Part shown: piece after piece, positions 41,886-59,585 of the stretch
Layout: each line of letters starts with the position of its first letter
How positions within the stretch are numbered: position 1 is the stretch's first letter
Assembly (NCBI RefSeq): GCF_009914755.1
Contig: NC_060944.1
Reading direction: 5' to 3' (one strand)
Length of the DNA stretch: 64,000 nucleotides
DNA from: the human T2T-CHM13v2.0 reference genome, Homo sapiens
Made by a program: the position numbers and the translations under genes
Notes under the pieces: model-generated
The model's database searches: none
What the model was told of the DNA's origin: nothing
What the model saw: the letters and a program-made list of their open reading frames with translations, nothing else

Positions 41886-43850
41886 ATTAGAAGTTGGGCA
41901 AAAGGTATAAGGGAACTCTCAGTACTATCTCTGCAACAGTCCTGTAAACCTAAAATTATTTCAAAATAAAAATCTTAAACACAAAACAAAACACAAGGCC
42001 AAAAATGCAAAAGCTACGATGAGGTAACACTACACTACTAGAAGAACTAAAATTATAATGACAATATCAAGTGCTGGCAAAGATATGAAATAGGAATCCA
42101 CAGACATTGGTAGAAATGCAAAATTGTACAGGTAATTTGGAAAACAGTGTGGCAATTCCTCTAAAAGCTAAACATACACTTACCAGTCAACCCAGCAATT
42201 TCACTCTTAGGCATTTACCCATCCAAAATGAAAACATATGTCCACACAAAGTTGAATGCAAATGTTCATATAAGCATTATTCACAACAGCCACGAAATGG
42301 AAAACTCCCAGTGTTCCCTGAACTGGTGAATGCGATACAAAACAGAGTATCTGTACATACTCAGCAATAAAAAGGAATGAGCTATTGATAACAACAGGGA
42401 TGAATTCTAATGCATTTTGCTAAGGAAGAGAAGCCAGACATGTAAGAGTACATCCCATATGACTGAATTTATATGAAATTCTAGAAAAGGCAAAATCTTT
42501 TGAAAACATCAGAAACAGGGTCAGTGGTTGCCTGGCCCTATGGTGGTCAGGGAGGGAGGGAGTGCCAGACAGCCAAGGGGCAAATAAGGGTACTTGTCAG
42601 GTGACTGAAACTTTTGAACTCCATTGTGACAATGGTTGGATTACTGTATACATTTACCAAATTCATCCAAGTGAACGATTAAAGTGGTTGAAGTTTATTG
42701 CATATAAACTATGCCTCAATAAACGCTCTTTAAACAAAGACACTGATGAGGGATAAAGTGAGGGCCATCAGCAGTGGCCTGGGGTGATCTGGAGGCCTCC
42801 CATGCAAGCAGAGGAACTGGAGCTCCTGAAGGCTTTCTCTGATCACGTAAAAAGGGGCCCCTGACTGCTTCTGTCCACTCCTCTGAGCAACCCACCATCC
42901 AGGAACAATGCATGTCATTTCTGGCCATGCATGCATCAGAAGAATTCAATGAAGTTGAAAACCCACCCTGACTTGCAGGCAAAAAAGACTAGAAATATGG
43001 AATTCTAAGGGGCAGTCCTTTGGCCCAGTATATTACAGGAAGAAATCCATCAACTCAAGCCTGTATCCAGGGAGATTTATACCACCCTCGGGATGAAAGA
43101 TCAAGATCTGGCAGCCAAGAGGTTTTGGAAAGTCAGAATAGCCACTGCAGAGAAAGTCACTAATTACATTTCACTAGACCACATTCATTCAGCTTCCCTT
43201 GGGAAATCAAGCAACTAAGATCCCCAATCTGCTTCTAGGGCCATAGAACAGAGAGGCAAATCTACATCCAGCCTCAAGTGGTCACAAGGGACCTGCCCTC
43301 TTAAAGAAAGCAAGGAAAGGGATAAGAGAGGACCCCTGAGGCAGAGACAACTCCACAACAGAACAGGAGTGAGGTAAAGACTCAAACAAATTGGTGCTTT
43401 GGAACCACCATTTTGGAAAACCTGGCTGCTTTGCAATGACCTGGAGAGCCCACAGTGGATGAGCAGAGTCCTGAAGCCTCGGCCTCAATACTTCTCACTT
43501 GTTTGTTAGCTTTGTTAATAAGATGAAAGAAGAAAGCGGCCCTCTGGAGAGACAAACCCTGCCTGACTCAGAAGAGCGCAGGGAGACTCAGCGACATGGT
43601 GTGTAGCAAGCACAAAGCTGGGGAGTGGCACACTGTAAGTCCTCTACGGCACCAGCCACTAGATTACAAGACATGCAGCTGCCAACAACAAATGAATAGA
43701 GAGAAGCTTAAATAAATTACGATCTATCTATACCCTTGCATACCATGCAACTATTTGTATGGCCTTAGTACCTCTAGATATGTACTAAGTTAGAAAGATA
43801 TCCATGATACATTAAATGAAAAAAGGTGAAAAATTTTGCATATGGTATGA

Positions 43851-44162
<312 letters not shown>

Positions 44163-44372
44163 AAGCCCATTTCTTAATACAAGTTACATTTAGGTATACA
44201 TGTGCAACACATGTACACATAAACACATTCATATATACATACACTTATTTAGGAAGCAATCTAGAAGGGTACTCACCAAACTTCACAGCTCTTCCCAAGG
44301 TTGTAGTGGGGGAGGGAGGGAAACTCTATTTAAATTCCTGAAGTTGTTAAATATTTCAATGGGCATGTATTA

Positions 44373-44684
<312 letters not shown>

Positions 44685-46048
44685 TTAATTTTACGTGGCA
44701 ATATAACCAATGTTCCCTGGAAATCCAGCCATGGAAGTATCACTCAATCACTCAGTTATAATTATGTGTTAAGCCCAACCAACTCTAGACTCAACGCAAG
44801 AAGCTTGGGATACCAGGATAAGCAAGGTCCAGGCCCTGCTCTTAGGAGCTTTACAGTCTAGGCCTGGAAGTAAACAAGAAAATTATGATGACCAGTAGGG
44901 ACAGGACCCACAGAGAGTGCCCACAGGATATGACAGAAACACAGAAGAACACAGAGGGGCTAGCCAGAGAGATGAGGAGTGTGAGGATGAGAAGTTAGGC
45001 AGAAACCCCGGATGTCGGAAAGATGAGACGAGGACTTTAAGATAAGCGTGAACAGCATGGAAAGATCTAGAGGAAACCCGGGGCACACTGGGCAGCTACG
45101 GAATGCGGGAACTTTCTGTATTTCCCACTCGACTTTTCTGTAAATCTAAAATCCCGCCAAAAATAGTCTATTAGTTAAAGAAAGAATGGAAATGAAACGT
45201 TTTTTCAGATAAACAAAAGCTGAGAAAATTCACTGACAACAGTCTTGTACAAAACAAAAATTGTTAATGGAAGTTCTTGAAGCAAAAGGATACCTGATAG
45301 AAATGAGCATTTTACAAAAAGAAACAAAAAACATCAAAAATGGTAAGAAAAAAATGGCAAATATTTAAAAATCTTTTTCTTATTTGTAATTGCTTTAAGA
45401 TAGTTGCTATATAAAGCAAACATAGTAAAAAGGTATTCTGAAATGTATGAATTGTGTAGAAGTAAAGTGTAGGAAAGTAACAGCGTGAAAGATGGAGGGG
45501 AAGAGGTGGAAGAACACCGTTGTGAGGCTCTTATGCAACATCTCCAACTCTACAGCATGGAAAGTGGTATCATTTTGAACATATGTCATGATGAATAAAA
45601 GAAGTATACTGTAATCCCTAGAAAAATCCATAAAAATGTTTAAGAAGAGGTACTGTATAACGAGTAAGCCAACAGTGGAAAAAAACTGATATATTTAAGG
45701 CAGGAAAAACAGAAAACAAGAATAGTCAAATACAAAATAAATACCAAGATGGTAGATTTAAACAAACCATATCAATAGTAACATCAAATGGAAATGATTT
45801 AAACATTCAAATTAAGAGGCAGAGATTGTACAACTGGATAAAAAAGCAAGACCTAATTATATGCCTTCTATAATAAACACACTTTAAAGACAGATAAGTA
45901 AAAAATAAAAGTATGGATAAAAATATACCACACAAACATTAATCAAAAGAAAGCTAGAGTGTATATATTAATATCAGACAAGGTAAGCTTCGGAAAAGGA
46001 GAATATCACTAGGGAAAAAAAGGGACATTACACAGTGTTAATAAATCA

Positions 46049-46320
46049 GGCCGGGCACGGTGGCTCACGCCTGTAATCCCAGCTTTGGGAGGCCAAGGTG
46101 GGTGGATCACCTGAGGTCAGGAGTTCGAGACCAGCCTGGCCAACATGGTAAAACCCTGTCTCTACTAAAAATATGTAAATTAGCTGGGTATGGTGGTGGA
46201 TGCCTGTAATCCCAGCTACTCGAAAGGCTGAGGCATGAGAATTGCTTGAACCCAGGAGGCAGAGGTTGCAGCCTGGGGAATAGAACAAGATACTGTCTCA
46301 AAAAAAAAAAAAAAAAAAAA
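46049..46320 (+). mobile_element. Alu (AluS-like) with internal deletion in right arm
   Basis: GGCCGGGCACGGTGGCTCACGCC...; GGTTGCAG joined directly to CCTGGG. Confidence 0.93.
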
Positions 46321-48602
46321 GAAATCAATTTATTTAACAAACCAGAACAATACTAAATGTGTATGCACCCGACATCAAAACTTCAAAATACGTGAAATAT
46401 GTAAAACTAAAATTAAAAGGAAACGTAGATAAATCCACAATTGTCGACGCAGGTAGCAACATTTCTCTTAGTAATTTACAGAACAAGTAAACAGAAAATA
46501 GATAAGCATATATTACCCTTGACCTAATTTATAAGATATTTGTAAGATACTCTACCCAAAAAACATTGCAGTGCATTGCAACGCACATTCTTTTCAAGCA
46601 GACATGTAATAGTTTACTAAGATAGAACACATTCGGAGCCATAAAATAAATCTCAACAAATTTAAAAGAGAAAAAATACAAAGTATGTTCTCTGACCACA
46701 AACGAATTAAACTAGGAATCAATAACAGAAAGATATCTGCAAAATCCTCAAGTATCTGGAAATAACACACTTCTGAATAACTAAATGATCAAAGGAGAAA
46801 TCATTAACATTAAAAATACTTGTGCTGAGAAATAACAAAAACATTATATATCAAAACTTGAGGTAACATAGTACTTAAGAGGAAATTGTACAATATAAAA
46901 TGCAGATGTTACAAAAGAAAAACCAAAAAAACAAAAAACTGAGCTAAATATCCTTAAAGTAAGAAAAAGAACAGCAATTAAATCCCAAAAGTAAAAAAAA
47001 AAAAACCCAAGGAAAAAATAATACAGATTAGAGCAGATATTATTGAACTATTATAGAAAACAAACATACAACAGAAACAAAGCCAAAACTTGAGTCTTTG
47101 AAATAACTAATGAAATTCATAACCTTCTGGTAAGAATTATCTAGGGGGATAAAAAAAGAGAGAGAGGGCACAAACAACAAATAACAGGATGGAAATGGGG
47201 ACACAACACATCTCACAGACAATAAAAAAAAAATTGTCATTTTCCAACCCAGAATGAAATAACAGATTTAAGCAATGATTATTTGTGAATCCTGAAATCA
47301 TCAGAAGAAAGACTGGTGAGGAATTTTATAATGAAAGAATAAAACACCTGAGCCCACTGCTCAATATGAAATCTCTAAAGGTGTGACAACTAGACATTGT
47401 TTCCTGGTGTCTTGTAATAAGAATTTCACAAAACAACATATGAAGTATTGCTTAAAAAAAAAATTGAAGCAGAATATAATAAATTCTCCAAACGTAATTT
47501 TCAGTTTACAGAAAAGACAGGGAAAATGATACCATGAGAATCATGACCACCAAATACAGAATGTGGAAAATTCTCTAAGCTAATGACCGCTTCAACAAAT
47601 AAATGATATGGAGAAAGATGAAACAGAGAACCATTTGAGATTAAAAAGAGTTTAAGATCAAAAGGAAAAAAACCTGTAAACAAAAAGAGACTTAAGAGAC
47701 ACATCTACCTAATGAAATCTATAGACCTTATTTGGATCATGACTCAAACAAATCAACCATAAAAAGGTATTTTTTAGTCAGGAAAACTCGACATAGAGTG
47801 ATAAACTAGAAAGCATTGTTGTTAATTTTGTTAAATGTGATAATGATAGTACAGTTAGATTTGTTCTAAGTCCTTAACTGGATAAAATATGATGTCTCAA
47901 ATTTCCTTTAAAATACACAACGAAAAAAAGCACAAAACCTCTGCAGAGAAAATGATCAGACTGTATTGAGAAACTAAAGAAAACCTAAATAAATGAAAAG
48001 ATAAACCATGTTTACAGATTGGAAGTCTACACATTGTAAAAAGGGCAATACTCTCCAAATTGACCTATAGATTCAATGCAAACCCAATCAAAATCCTAAT
48101 AGATGTTCTGTTTTGTTTCATTTTGTTAGAATCTGGTGAGCTGGATTTTAAATTTACATGAAAATACAAAGTACCAAGAATAACTAGTCATGCCAAAGAA
48201 GAAAAACAAGATGGGAAGACTTGTTCTATCAAATATCAAGACTCATTATAAATCTATAGCAACCAAAACAGTGTAGTATTGGCTGAGGGGACCACTGGAA
48301 AAGAGGGGAGAGTCCAAAGACTGTAAACAGAGGCTGGACTGTAACAGAGGTGGCACTCCAGAGCAGTGGGAAAAGAACATACTTTTGATAAATGACATTG
48401 TGACAATTAGGAAAATGAAGCTGGAGCCATTTTTCCTATGATAAAAATTAAGTTCAGGCAGATTACAGAACTATAGTATATCTATTTCACAGAAAAAAAA
48501 TAAAGGCTTTAAAGCAATATAAAGAAATAGAGAAAAAAGCTTCTGAATGCACTATTAAGGAAAATGTCAATAAATTTAACTACATTAAAGTGAATACTTG
48601 TG

Positions 48603-48873
48603 TGCCTGGCACGGTGCTCACACCATTGAGGCCAGGACTTTGAAACCAGCCTAGGCAATATAGTGAGACCCTGTCTCTGTGCAAAATAAAGTAGCTGGGC
48701 ATGCTCCTGTAGTGGCAGCTACTTAGGAGGCTGAAGCAGGAGGATCTCGAGCCCAGGAGTTTGAGACTCCAGCTATGATTGCACCACTGCACTCTAGCTG
48801 GGTAACAGAACTTGTTACCTTGTTACCCAAAGTCTCAAAAAAAAAAAACAAAAAATAAAAATAAAAATAAAAA
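48603..48873 (+). mobile_element. degenerate Alu (AluJ-like) with deletions and (TAAAAA)n tail
   Basis: Alu remnants; gcccaggagtttgag...gcaccactgcactctagc. Confidence 0.8.
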
Positions 48874-49249
48874 ACCAATAGCTTCTGGTCACCAAAAGAA
48901 CACCATAAAGAGAGTTTAAACACAAGCCACCAGTTGAAAGATGTTTATCATACATAATTAATAAAGGTTTGAAATCTAGAATATACACAGAACTCCTACA
49001 AATTGATAATAAAAAGACAAACAATCCATCTTCTCCCTACCAATTCAACCAAAGATTTGAACAGGCACTTCACAAAAAAGAAATACAGATGTCCAACAAA
49101 CATATGAAAAAGTGTTTAAACTCACAGTAAAGAAAATAAAAATTCAAATCACAAAGTGATATCGTTATATACACTACCAAACTACAGACTGGCTAAAATA
49201 CAAAAATCTGACAATACCAATTGGCAGATAAAATGTAGGGCAAAGGTAA

Positions 49250-49529
49250 GGCCGGGCATAGTGGCTCACACCTGTAATCCCAGCACTTTGGGAAGCCGAG
49301 GCAGGTAGATCACCTGAAGTCAGGAGTTTGAGACCAGCCTGGCCAATATGGTGAAACCTGTCTCTAGTAAAAATACAAACCTTAGCCAGGCGTGGTAGTG
49401 TACACGCCTGTAGTCCCAGCTACTTGAGAGGCTGAGGCAGGAGAATTGCTTGAACCCAGGAGGCAGAGGTTGCAGTGAGCCAAGATCGCCAGCCTGAGCA
49501 ATGGAGCGAGATTCCGTCTCAAAAAAAAA
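49250..49529 (+). mobile_element. Alu (AluS-like)
   Basis: Perfect TSD GTAGGGCAAAGGTA at 49235-49248 and 49530-49543. Confidence 0.95.
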
Positions 49530-50103
49530 GTAGGGCAAAGGTAGGAGTATAAACTGATACAACCACTTTGGAAAACTGGCATTATCTACTAAAGCAGAAG
49601 ATAAGCATACACCGTCACACAGTATTTCTTTCCTGGGTACATGTCCTACAGAAACGCATAATTGTGTGTCCCCAGATACATCTACAAGACTGTTCACAGC
49701 AAAACTCTTCTTTAACAATAGCAGATGGATAAATGTCAGTATATTCAAGAACACTATTAGAAAAAGAACAAATTCAAACTATTAATATATGCGAAATCCA
49801 TAAAAGTAATGTATCCTGTATGATTTCCCATATATAAAGTCCAGAAACAATAAAATTAAATTACATTATTTGGCGGTAGCTAGATGCCAAAACTAGAAAG
49901 ACAAAAAAGAAAAAAGACACCATTCAAGGTATCATCATTCCCTAGCATAAAAGGAGAATAACAATGGACTCATCCTGCAACATTAAATGGATCCATCCAT
50001 AACATCCTTGTGAGCTTTCTATGATTTAATAGATGAAAGGGCTTAGCCTATATTTGGCATAGAATGTAATTTTCGTTTTATCTTTTTCTTTTTTTTTTTA
50101 TAG

Positions 50104-50419
<316 letters not shown>

Positions 50420-51297
50420 AGAATGTAATTTTTAAAAGCAAGAGCCAATGAAGGTAAGGAAAGAGGCTATGTGAGTACCATCAAGTCTTGGCAGGTGGTG
50501 TATTAGGGACTACATGGGGAAGGAAGTAGGGAAGCTCAGAGGATAGTTTAGAACAAGACAAGTCAGGGTTGCAAGTGGGGTGAATATGCACCTGTAACAG
50601 GAGAGGAGACACAGACGACAGAAGGCAAACCTGAGGGGGGCGAGGGATCAGGGACGGAGGGCCCATCAAAGGGCAGAACAGGAGGAGAGAGACTGTCTGC
50701 TGAGAAAGGAGGGGAGAATGCTTTCAGATTCACAGAAGTTTGGGTAGCACGTAAATGTAAAGGGAAGCCTTAATTTCTGCTTTCTTCAGGATATTAAGAA
50801 TCAAGGTCATCTACTGAGCCAAGGTGGGCCTGGAGTCGAACCCTGCCAACACCGTACACGGTGACAACGGAGCATGGCATGACACATTGCCACCGAAGTT
50901 CCTGATACACAGCGCAGTCAAAATACAAAGCGGGCAGACAATGCTTCCAACTGACGCTTCTTGGTGCTTCTCAATTAAGGAATGCATGATTTTTCTGAGT
51001 ACTGCATATGTGAAAGAAACCCAGTTAGCAATCCTAATCACTTAAACACCATGAAATTCATCACCATTTCCTTCCTGGCTTACCAGGTGGTCAGCAAAAC
51101 AATAACAAAAATAATGAAAAAGCCTAATAAGATGGTACCATTCAGACAGAAGCCCAGCATCCTGGTGACAATCTGTATCCAACCTACCTCATCATCCATG
51201 AAGTCTCCTCAAAGCTGTCACAGAGAAGTGGCCCCAAGTGTCAGCTTAAAGCACACAACACAGAGTTGTCAACATACACAGGCCTGGTTGGGCTTAC

Positions 51298-51430
51298 CGG
51301 TTGAAGGTGTTCTCGCTGAAAGCATACTTCTCCAGGCGAGTGAGTGGAGGCAGGTTATCCTGGCCTGGAATGTCCAAGAAGGCCGTTACTCTCATGTTGT
51401 CGCAATCTGTACCATAGTCTTCAAATCCAT
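51298..51430 (-). pseudogene. PPP4R1L: exon (PPP4R1 exon 3-equivalent), 133 nt
   Basis: TTTTTAG|AT GGA TTT...AAC CG|GTAAG; xGFEDYGTDCDNMRVTAFLDIPGQDNLPPLTRLEKYAFSENTFNR vs PPP4R1 ...LTPLGRLDKYAASENIFNR. Confidence 0.9.
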
Positions 51431-52048
51431 CTAAAAAGGAAGAGTGAAGGGGGGGAACCCACGCTCAAAAGTGTGCATCAACTGTGACAAGTCACACTTG
51501 GGCAAAGACATGGCCTTGTGGCATGTGTTCTACCTTCACAGCTGAAGTCTCTAAGAATCGCAACATTGAGAATTCACCCAAAATGAAATGGTCAGTTGAA
51601 GAACCGCAAAAGAAAATAATAGGTACCAGAGTAACAAAGAAGAGCCGGACGCCTTTCTTTTAGTGCAGTCTGTCTAATGCATGAGTGAAAGGAACCAATC
51701 CTCTACTGGAGAACTCAGCAAGTGAGCAGATGTACACCTCTAAGAAAGCCCTGCTGTTTAAGAAGCCCTGCTCACCACGCAGGGCTGTGCAAACAGGTTA
51801 AAGCAGTTGAAGGAAAAACAAATCAGTTTGGCCTTACTTGTTAGCAAGACTCTGACAGAAAGTCCACCCCACATCCGGTCTGTTCTAAACGCACTCATGT
51901 AGCGTCAAAGATGCCATGACATACATTCCTATCCATCCGTATCTGTGGCCCCACAACACCCAACCACACCTCTCCACACAGGTATCCAACAAGTTCCTCC
52001 AACTCATTGTGGCCAAAAATGAGCCAATTATCATCCTTCCTCTTCCTC

Positions 52049-52354
<306 letters not shown>

Positions 52355-53807
52355 CTTCTTCCTCTTTAAACCTGCTCTTTTCCCTCCTGTGCAGTGGGTA
52401 GCTGAATTCATGGGCTCTGGAGCCAAACACACCTGGAATGGGATGAATCCCACAACTACCACTCACTGCTATGTGGCCAGAGTTCGTCACGTCACCTGTC
52501 CACACTTCCGTGTTCTCATCTTGAGGGTGGGATGAGACCCCTTCCTTGTGCCATCAGGATGCTGGAGTCAGTGGGACCATGCATGGGAAGACCTGCAGGA
52601 TCTGGCTGACCTTGACATTGTTCACCTCCCTTTACTTACTCCCACGTTTCACATCCCCCACAGTGTTCAGAAGATGCTGTTCCCTATCTACTCTCTCCCA
52701 TTTAGACTTAAGGTCTCAGCTAGGGCGCAGCCTCTTTAGAATGGCTTGCCTTCCCACTCTCCTCACACCTCAAGTGCCCCTGGTGATGGCAACCTGAGCC
52801 AGCCTCCTGCAACAGGAAGTTCACTGTTTATCTGCAGGAAGTCCTTACACAATAAACGCTCCTGAGGGCAGAACTATGTCCAGTTACTGTTGGATTCTCC
52901 AAGCCTAGCACATAGGCTTGGTAAAATGCATAGTCTTAAAGTGAATGTACTCATTATGTGTTTAATGAGCACCTACTATGTGCCCCTGGAACATTATTAA
53001 ACACATAATGAGTAAATTTACTCTAAGACTATGCATTTTACCAAGTATGCTCTCCAACAAAACACCAACCACTGAATTAACTTAATCTTTCCATCCACTC
53101 TATAAAACACACTGACTAATCCCAGGGCAATGAACACTCATAGCAAAGAGGCTACTCTCTAGGAATAACAGTGGTAAGGGGAGTTGTTGGGATGATGATA
53201 ATAATAAAAATAATGGCTACATTTTTTGAGCTCTTATAATAGGCCAGGGACAGGGAAGTAGCTTTCACATGTGGTTCAATTCCCACACCAACTCAACCAA
53301 GTAAGATTTTTATCCTTGTTTTACCGATGAGCAAACCAATACCTAAAGAAGTTAGGCAACTTTCCCTCGGTCACTCACCCAGTTTGCCCTAACCAGAAGG
53401 AGGCTCATGCGCAGCTATTCCCAACAGGAGTTACCTGCTTACTAACAGTCAGGTCCTGTGCTGTTATTTCTGAACGTTAGTTTGAATTCTTCAGAAAGAT
53501 TCAATAAAAATGAGTTATTAAAATATAGCTGTCAAATTAGGAGTAGATAAAACAAGTGGAAAATACTGTAAACACACTGTAAAAAGTGACAAGGGCTTAC
53601 ATTTGCATTGCCTGACATACAAGTCTTCTCACTCCACATAAGACACTGAACCTGGAAATGTAGACGAGGCCTTACCGGTGTGATCTATGGATGAAGGGAA
53701 AGGGTCCATGTGCCAAGCAAGGCAAGGCCTTGGCTCAGATCACACGGTCAGCCTATGAATATCCATTCTTTGATTAAAATTAGAAGTTTTAGAAACGTAG
53801 CCATCTT

Positions 53808-54104
53808 GGCCAGGTGCGGTGGCTCACACCTGCAATCCCAGCACTTTGGGAGGCTGAGGTGGGTGGATCTCTTAAGGCCAGGAGTTCAAGACCAGCCTGG
53901 CCAACATGGTGAAATCCCGTCTCTACTAAAATACAAAAATTACCCAGGCGTGGTGGTACATGCCTGCAATCCCAGCTACTCCAGAGGCTGAGGCAGAGAA
54001 TAGCTTGAACCTGGGAGGTGGAGGTTGCAGTGAGGCGAGATCACGCCACTGTACTCCAGCCTGGGCGACAGAGCAAGACTTCATCTCAAAAAGAAAAAAA
54101 AAAA
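53808..54104 (+). mobile_element. Alu (AluS-like)
   Basis: Full Alu; TSD-like AGAAA..TA.CCATCTT on both sides. Confidence 0.93.
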
Positions 54105-55482
54105 GAAATATAACCATCTTTTTTTAAGAATCCCTGATATGACCAACTTGTTCTATTAAGCAGTCATCTTCTCCTCCCATTCCTGCTAGAAAAGAGGCCA
54201 TCACTGAAAGGATAAGGCAGGCAGGGAACTACCTGGAGTTGAGAGCTAATTATCAAGAGGACTCTTGCTATTTCCAAGACAGCCTGGCAGAGTTTGTGCC
54301 CAGTAAAGAGAAACACACCTGGCAGAGCCCTCCCTTCTCCCACTCCCCCACCTAGCCTTTCCATTGCTAACCTAGGAAAATAAAGATAAAGAAACAGGCT
54401 GCTGAGGACTTCCCTGAGGCTAATTTTGGCAAAATAACAGCATCAATAGTTAGTTCCAGAAAGATTAATCGGCACCTGCTCTAGAGGTGGAAATGCATCC
54501 CTCCTACCCCTCGCCCTGAAAACTAGACAGTTGGTGATGGCACTAATGTGAAAAAGTAGAGGAGTCCTACCAGGCAGGTAGAAAACCCAAAGTCAATGCA
54601 GGCAGTAATGGAAAAGAGTTCAATCTAGAGATGACAAGTTTGTGCCTAGGTACTTACTTTTCTTTGAACGTGAACCACATTTTTCCTCAACTAATTATTT
54701 TAGGCTAATAATATGAGCTTATTAAAAATTTACACTGTATAACAGCTACTCAGAGAATTTTAATAAAGAATTACACAGTTACAGAAAAAATATGTATCAC
54801 ATAATCAAATATGCCATTTCTCTGCACAATAGCTGCCTTGGATGAACAGGTCCACACTGAGTCACAGCCAAGCCCGATGACCAGAGTCACTGCATACGAG
54901 CTATTCTCAATGCACTTCAGAGTCCAGAAGGAATAGGCAGCCTCGATCCCACAGAGAGTTATATAGCATTTGCAGGCCCAGGCTGGAATGGACTTGAAAA
55001 CGTTAAGTTTAAAGCAGTAGTTCCCAAGCTTTGGGGTAACAGACAGTTTTGGAACCTGAAGATATCTACAGTCATATACATTCAATACTTTTCATACAGG
55101 ATCAGGGGTTTCAAAAGATCTTCTGAGGATCACTGTGTACTTTATGGGTTAAGAACATGGTGTTTTAAAATAACAGAAAATACCCAGACACTCTTCAAAA
55201 AACTGTGTTTAGTCAGACAACTAACAAACTTAGCAATTAGCTCCACCAAAGTATAGATGTTACTGGAGAATATTAATGATCCTACCACATTAACTATATA
55301 AAACTACACTATCAACAAGGAAATAAAAGCTATGTATAAGCCATAAAATAATGAATAATAATTTACTCTTCTTGGTTACCCCTATAAACCAGAAACTGTG
55401 CTAAGAGCTTTCTGTGTAGTAGCAGTAGTTTGTTAAATCTTGATTAAAAACCATATTAATCCCATTAAAAAAATAAAAAACA

Positions 55483-55790
55483 GACCAGGTAAAGTGGCTC
55501 ACGCCTGTAATCCCAGCACTCTGGGAGGCTGAGGTGGGAGGATCGCATGGGCCCAGAAGCTGGGGATCAGCCTGGGGAAGAAGGTGAGACTTTGCCTCTA
55601 AGAAAAATATAAAAACTCAGTGGTTGTGATGGTATGTGCCCATGGTCCCAACTACTCAGGAGGCTGAGAAGGGAGGATCATTTGAGCCCAAGAGGTCGAG
55701 GCTGCAGTGAACTATGATCACAGCATGGCATTCCAGCCTGGACGACAGAGTGAGACCCTGTCTCAAAAAAAATTAGAAAACAAAAAAGCA
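55483..55790 (+). mobile_element. Alu (AluJ-like)
   Basis: Diverged dimer with AluJ-type 'gaggtcgaggctgcagtga'. Confidence 0.9.
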
Positions 55791-55899
55791 GCTCAGAGAA
55801 GTTAAGAAAATTGCTACTCATAGAGTGGCAGAGTCAGAATTATTATTATCATTAAATCATTAGCCGATTCTATTACTAATATTGCTTATGTTTGTATTT

Positions 55900-57462
<1,563 letters not shown>

Positions 57463-57479
57463 CTAAGTAGACTGTTTCT

Positions 57480-57611
57480 TTCTTTCTGTTTTTTGTTTAT
57501 TTTTGTAGAGACAGGGTCTTGCTATGCTGCCCAGGCTACATTTGAACTCCTGAGATCCTCCTGCTTCAGCCTCCCAAGTAGCTAGGACTACAGGCGCGCA
57601 CCAGACCTGGT
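57480..57611 (-). mobile_element. FLAM/Alu monomer
   Basis: 'gtagagacagggtcttgctatgctgcccaggct...ggactacaggcgcgcaccagacctgg'. Confidence 0.8.
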
Positions 57612-57615
57612 TTCT

Positions 57616-57925
<310 letters not shown>

Positions 57926-59585
57926 TAAGTAGACTGTTTCTATCTGTAGAGCTAGACCTGGAGGTCCTTTAAACACTGGGACCATGTGATATAATGCCTG
58001 GCACATAGTACAGACACTTAATAAACACCGGTGTCTATAGAAATCACTCTACCAAGACTTTGATTACCAGGATTCAATTCATGAAAGCCTATCAGCCCCT
58101 GAGAAAGCTGAGAAAATCCAGCTTTCACAAAACCAAACCTGAGATGCAGCACCTAGCCTAAAACCACCTGTAGGTGTACCCACAATGTGAGTAGAAGGCA
58201 GCCAAAGACATTAACTAATTTGCTTCTGCTTACAAAATGAGGTATCTCAGTCTCAAATAAAAAAAGGTCAAAAACGTAACTGTTCAAGTAAAATTAATGA
58301 ATTCGCACAGTCAATATAATGTACACGAATTAATCAAAAGTATTCAATCATCTTATTAATGAATTTAGTAGAACAAATTTTGGTAATTCATGTTAAGTAT
58401 ATAAGGAAGGGCAGAGAGAGGAAAGATGTTTAAAATTCATCAGAAATAATAAGTCTAAATAACAGGGATTTCTGTTTTAAGCAATGGAATTACAATTTTA
58501 GTCCTATAAAGAACAAAGAACCAGGCTGTCTAGCTGCTACCACCCTGGGAGAGTTCTGCATTAATAGGCCATTGGTGGCCAATCACAGCCAACGAGATCC
58601 CGCCTCCATTCTCTCACTGGTTGTTTCTATACTATCAGGCACAGCTTTGAGCCCAGCCAGCCATGCTGCAAGTGCACAGCCTGGTCACCTGGCCACAGAG
58701 TGCAGACAGCTTGAGACAGCATATCTTCAAGTGTGACACACTGAATGTCATTAAATCACACAGTGGGACAGTTATTCTCTTCTTCATTTTCCAATTAAAT
58801 CAAGGAAATTCCCTTTGTCCAGGCATGTCTTGAACACTTCCCTAAGACTGGTAATCTTCCTTTTAATACAAAGCAGATCTCAGCTCAGAATCTTTTGCAG
58901 GCACTGTGTCTATATATATAGAATTTAATGTTATTTTATTTCTGTTTTACATTTTGGTTAAGTTTCATTTAGAGCAACTGATGAAAGTTTTCTAAAATGT
59001 GTTTAAATAAAAGAAGTTATTTGATATGAAGAAAAATCCAGGTGGTATTATTAAAATAAAAATAGAAAAAAGTGGCACACAAATGACTGATGTCTAAAAA
59101 ATACTGGATTAGCAAAATCCAAGGAAAATATTCCTACTAATACCATCATATTCATATGTGAAGAATAGTACTTTTCATTCCAAGTACTGACAATCATTTC
59201 TTTCCCCACATATGCAAACATTTTCCCTGGTGTGGATCAACAGTCTAGACTTCCTCAAAATTAGGAAATCCTACTTGAGTCCAAATTAATAAGATTATCA
59301 GTAAGATTATTACTATTTACCTGTGAATGGTGTATTTTTTTTTTTAAGTAATCCTTCAATGCACCAGCGCTTCCTAAAATATACATGGAAGCAAGATTTG
59401 GCTCTCCTTTCCTCAAAGTGAATGAAAATGCCAGCATTCGCTTCAATGTCAATTGTGAAGGCATTCTAACCAGGTAACGTGATGAATAACCTTTTCCCAT
59501 GACGTTTTTATGTTTTTTTCTTTATTAAATCTTAAAAGACAAACTAAATCAATCAACAACTGATGAACTATATAAAGATAACAGA

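Larger units (their letters stand above)
38960..42730 (+). mobile_element. old L1M fragments interrupted by Alus and MER20
   Basis: Degenerate endonuclease region 'acattaaatgtaaatggtctaaac...gaaagctggagtagctatattaatatcagacaaa' and L1M 3' ends; boundaries approximate. Confidence 0.7.
45100..49930 (+). mobile_element. old L1M fragments (ORF1 end, ORF2, 3' end) interrupted by three Alus
   Basis: Degenerate L1 motifs 'ttctctgaccacaaacgaattaaactagg' and 'atagattcaatgcaaacccaatcaaaatcc'; boundaries approximate. Confidence 0.7.
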
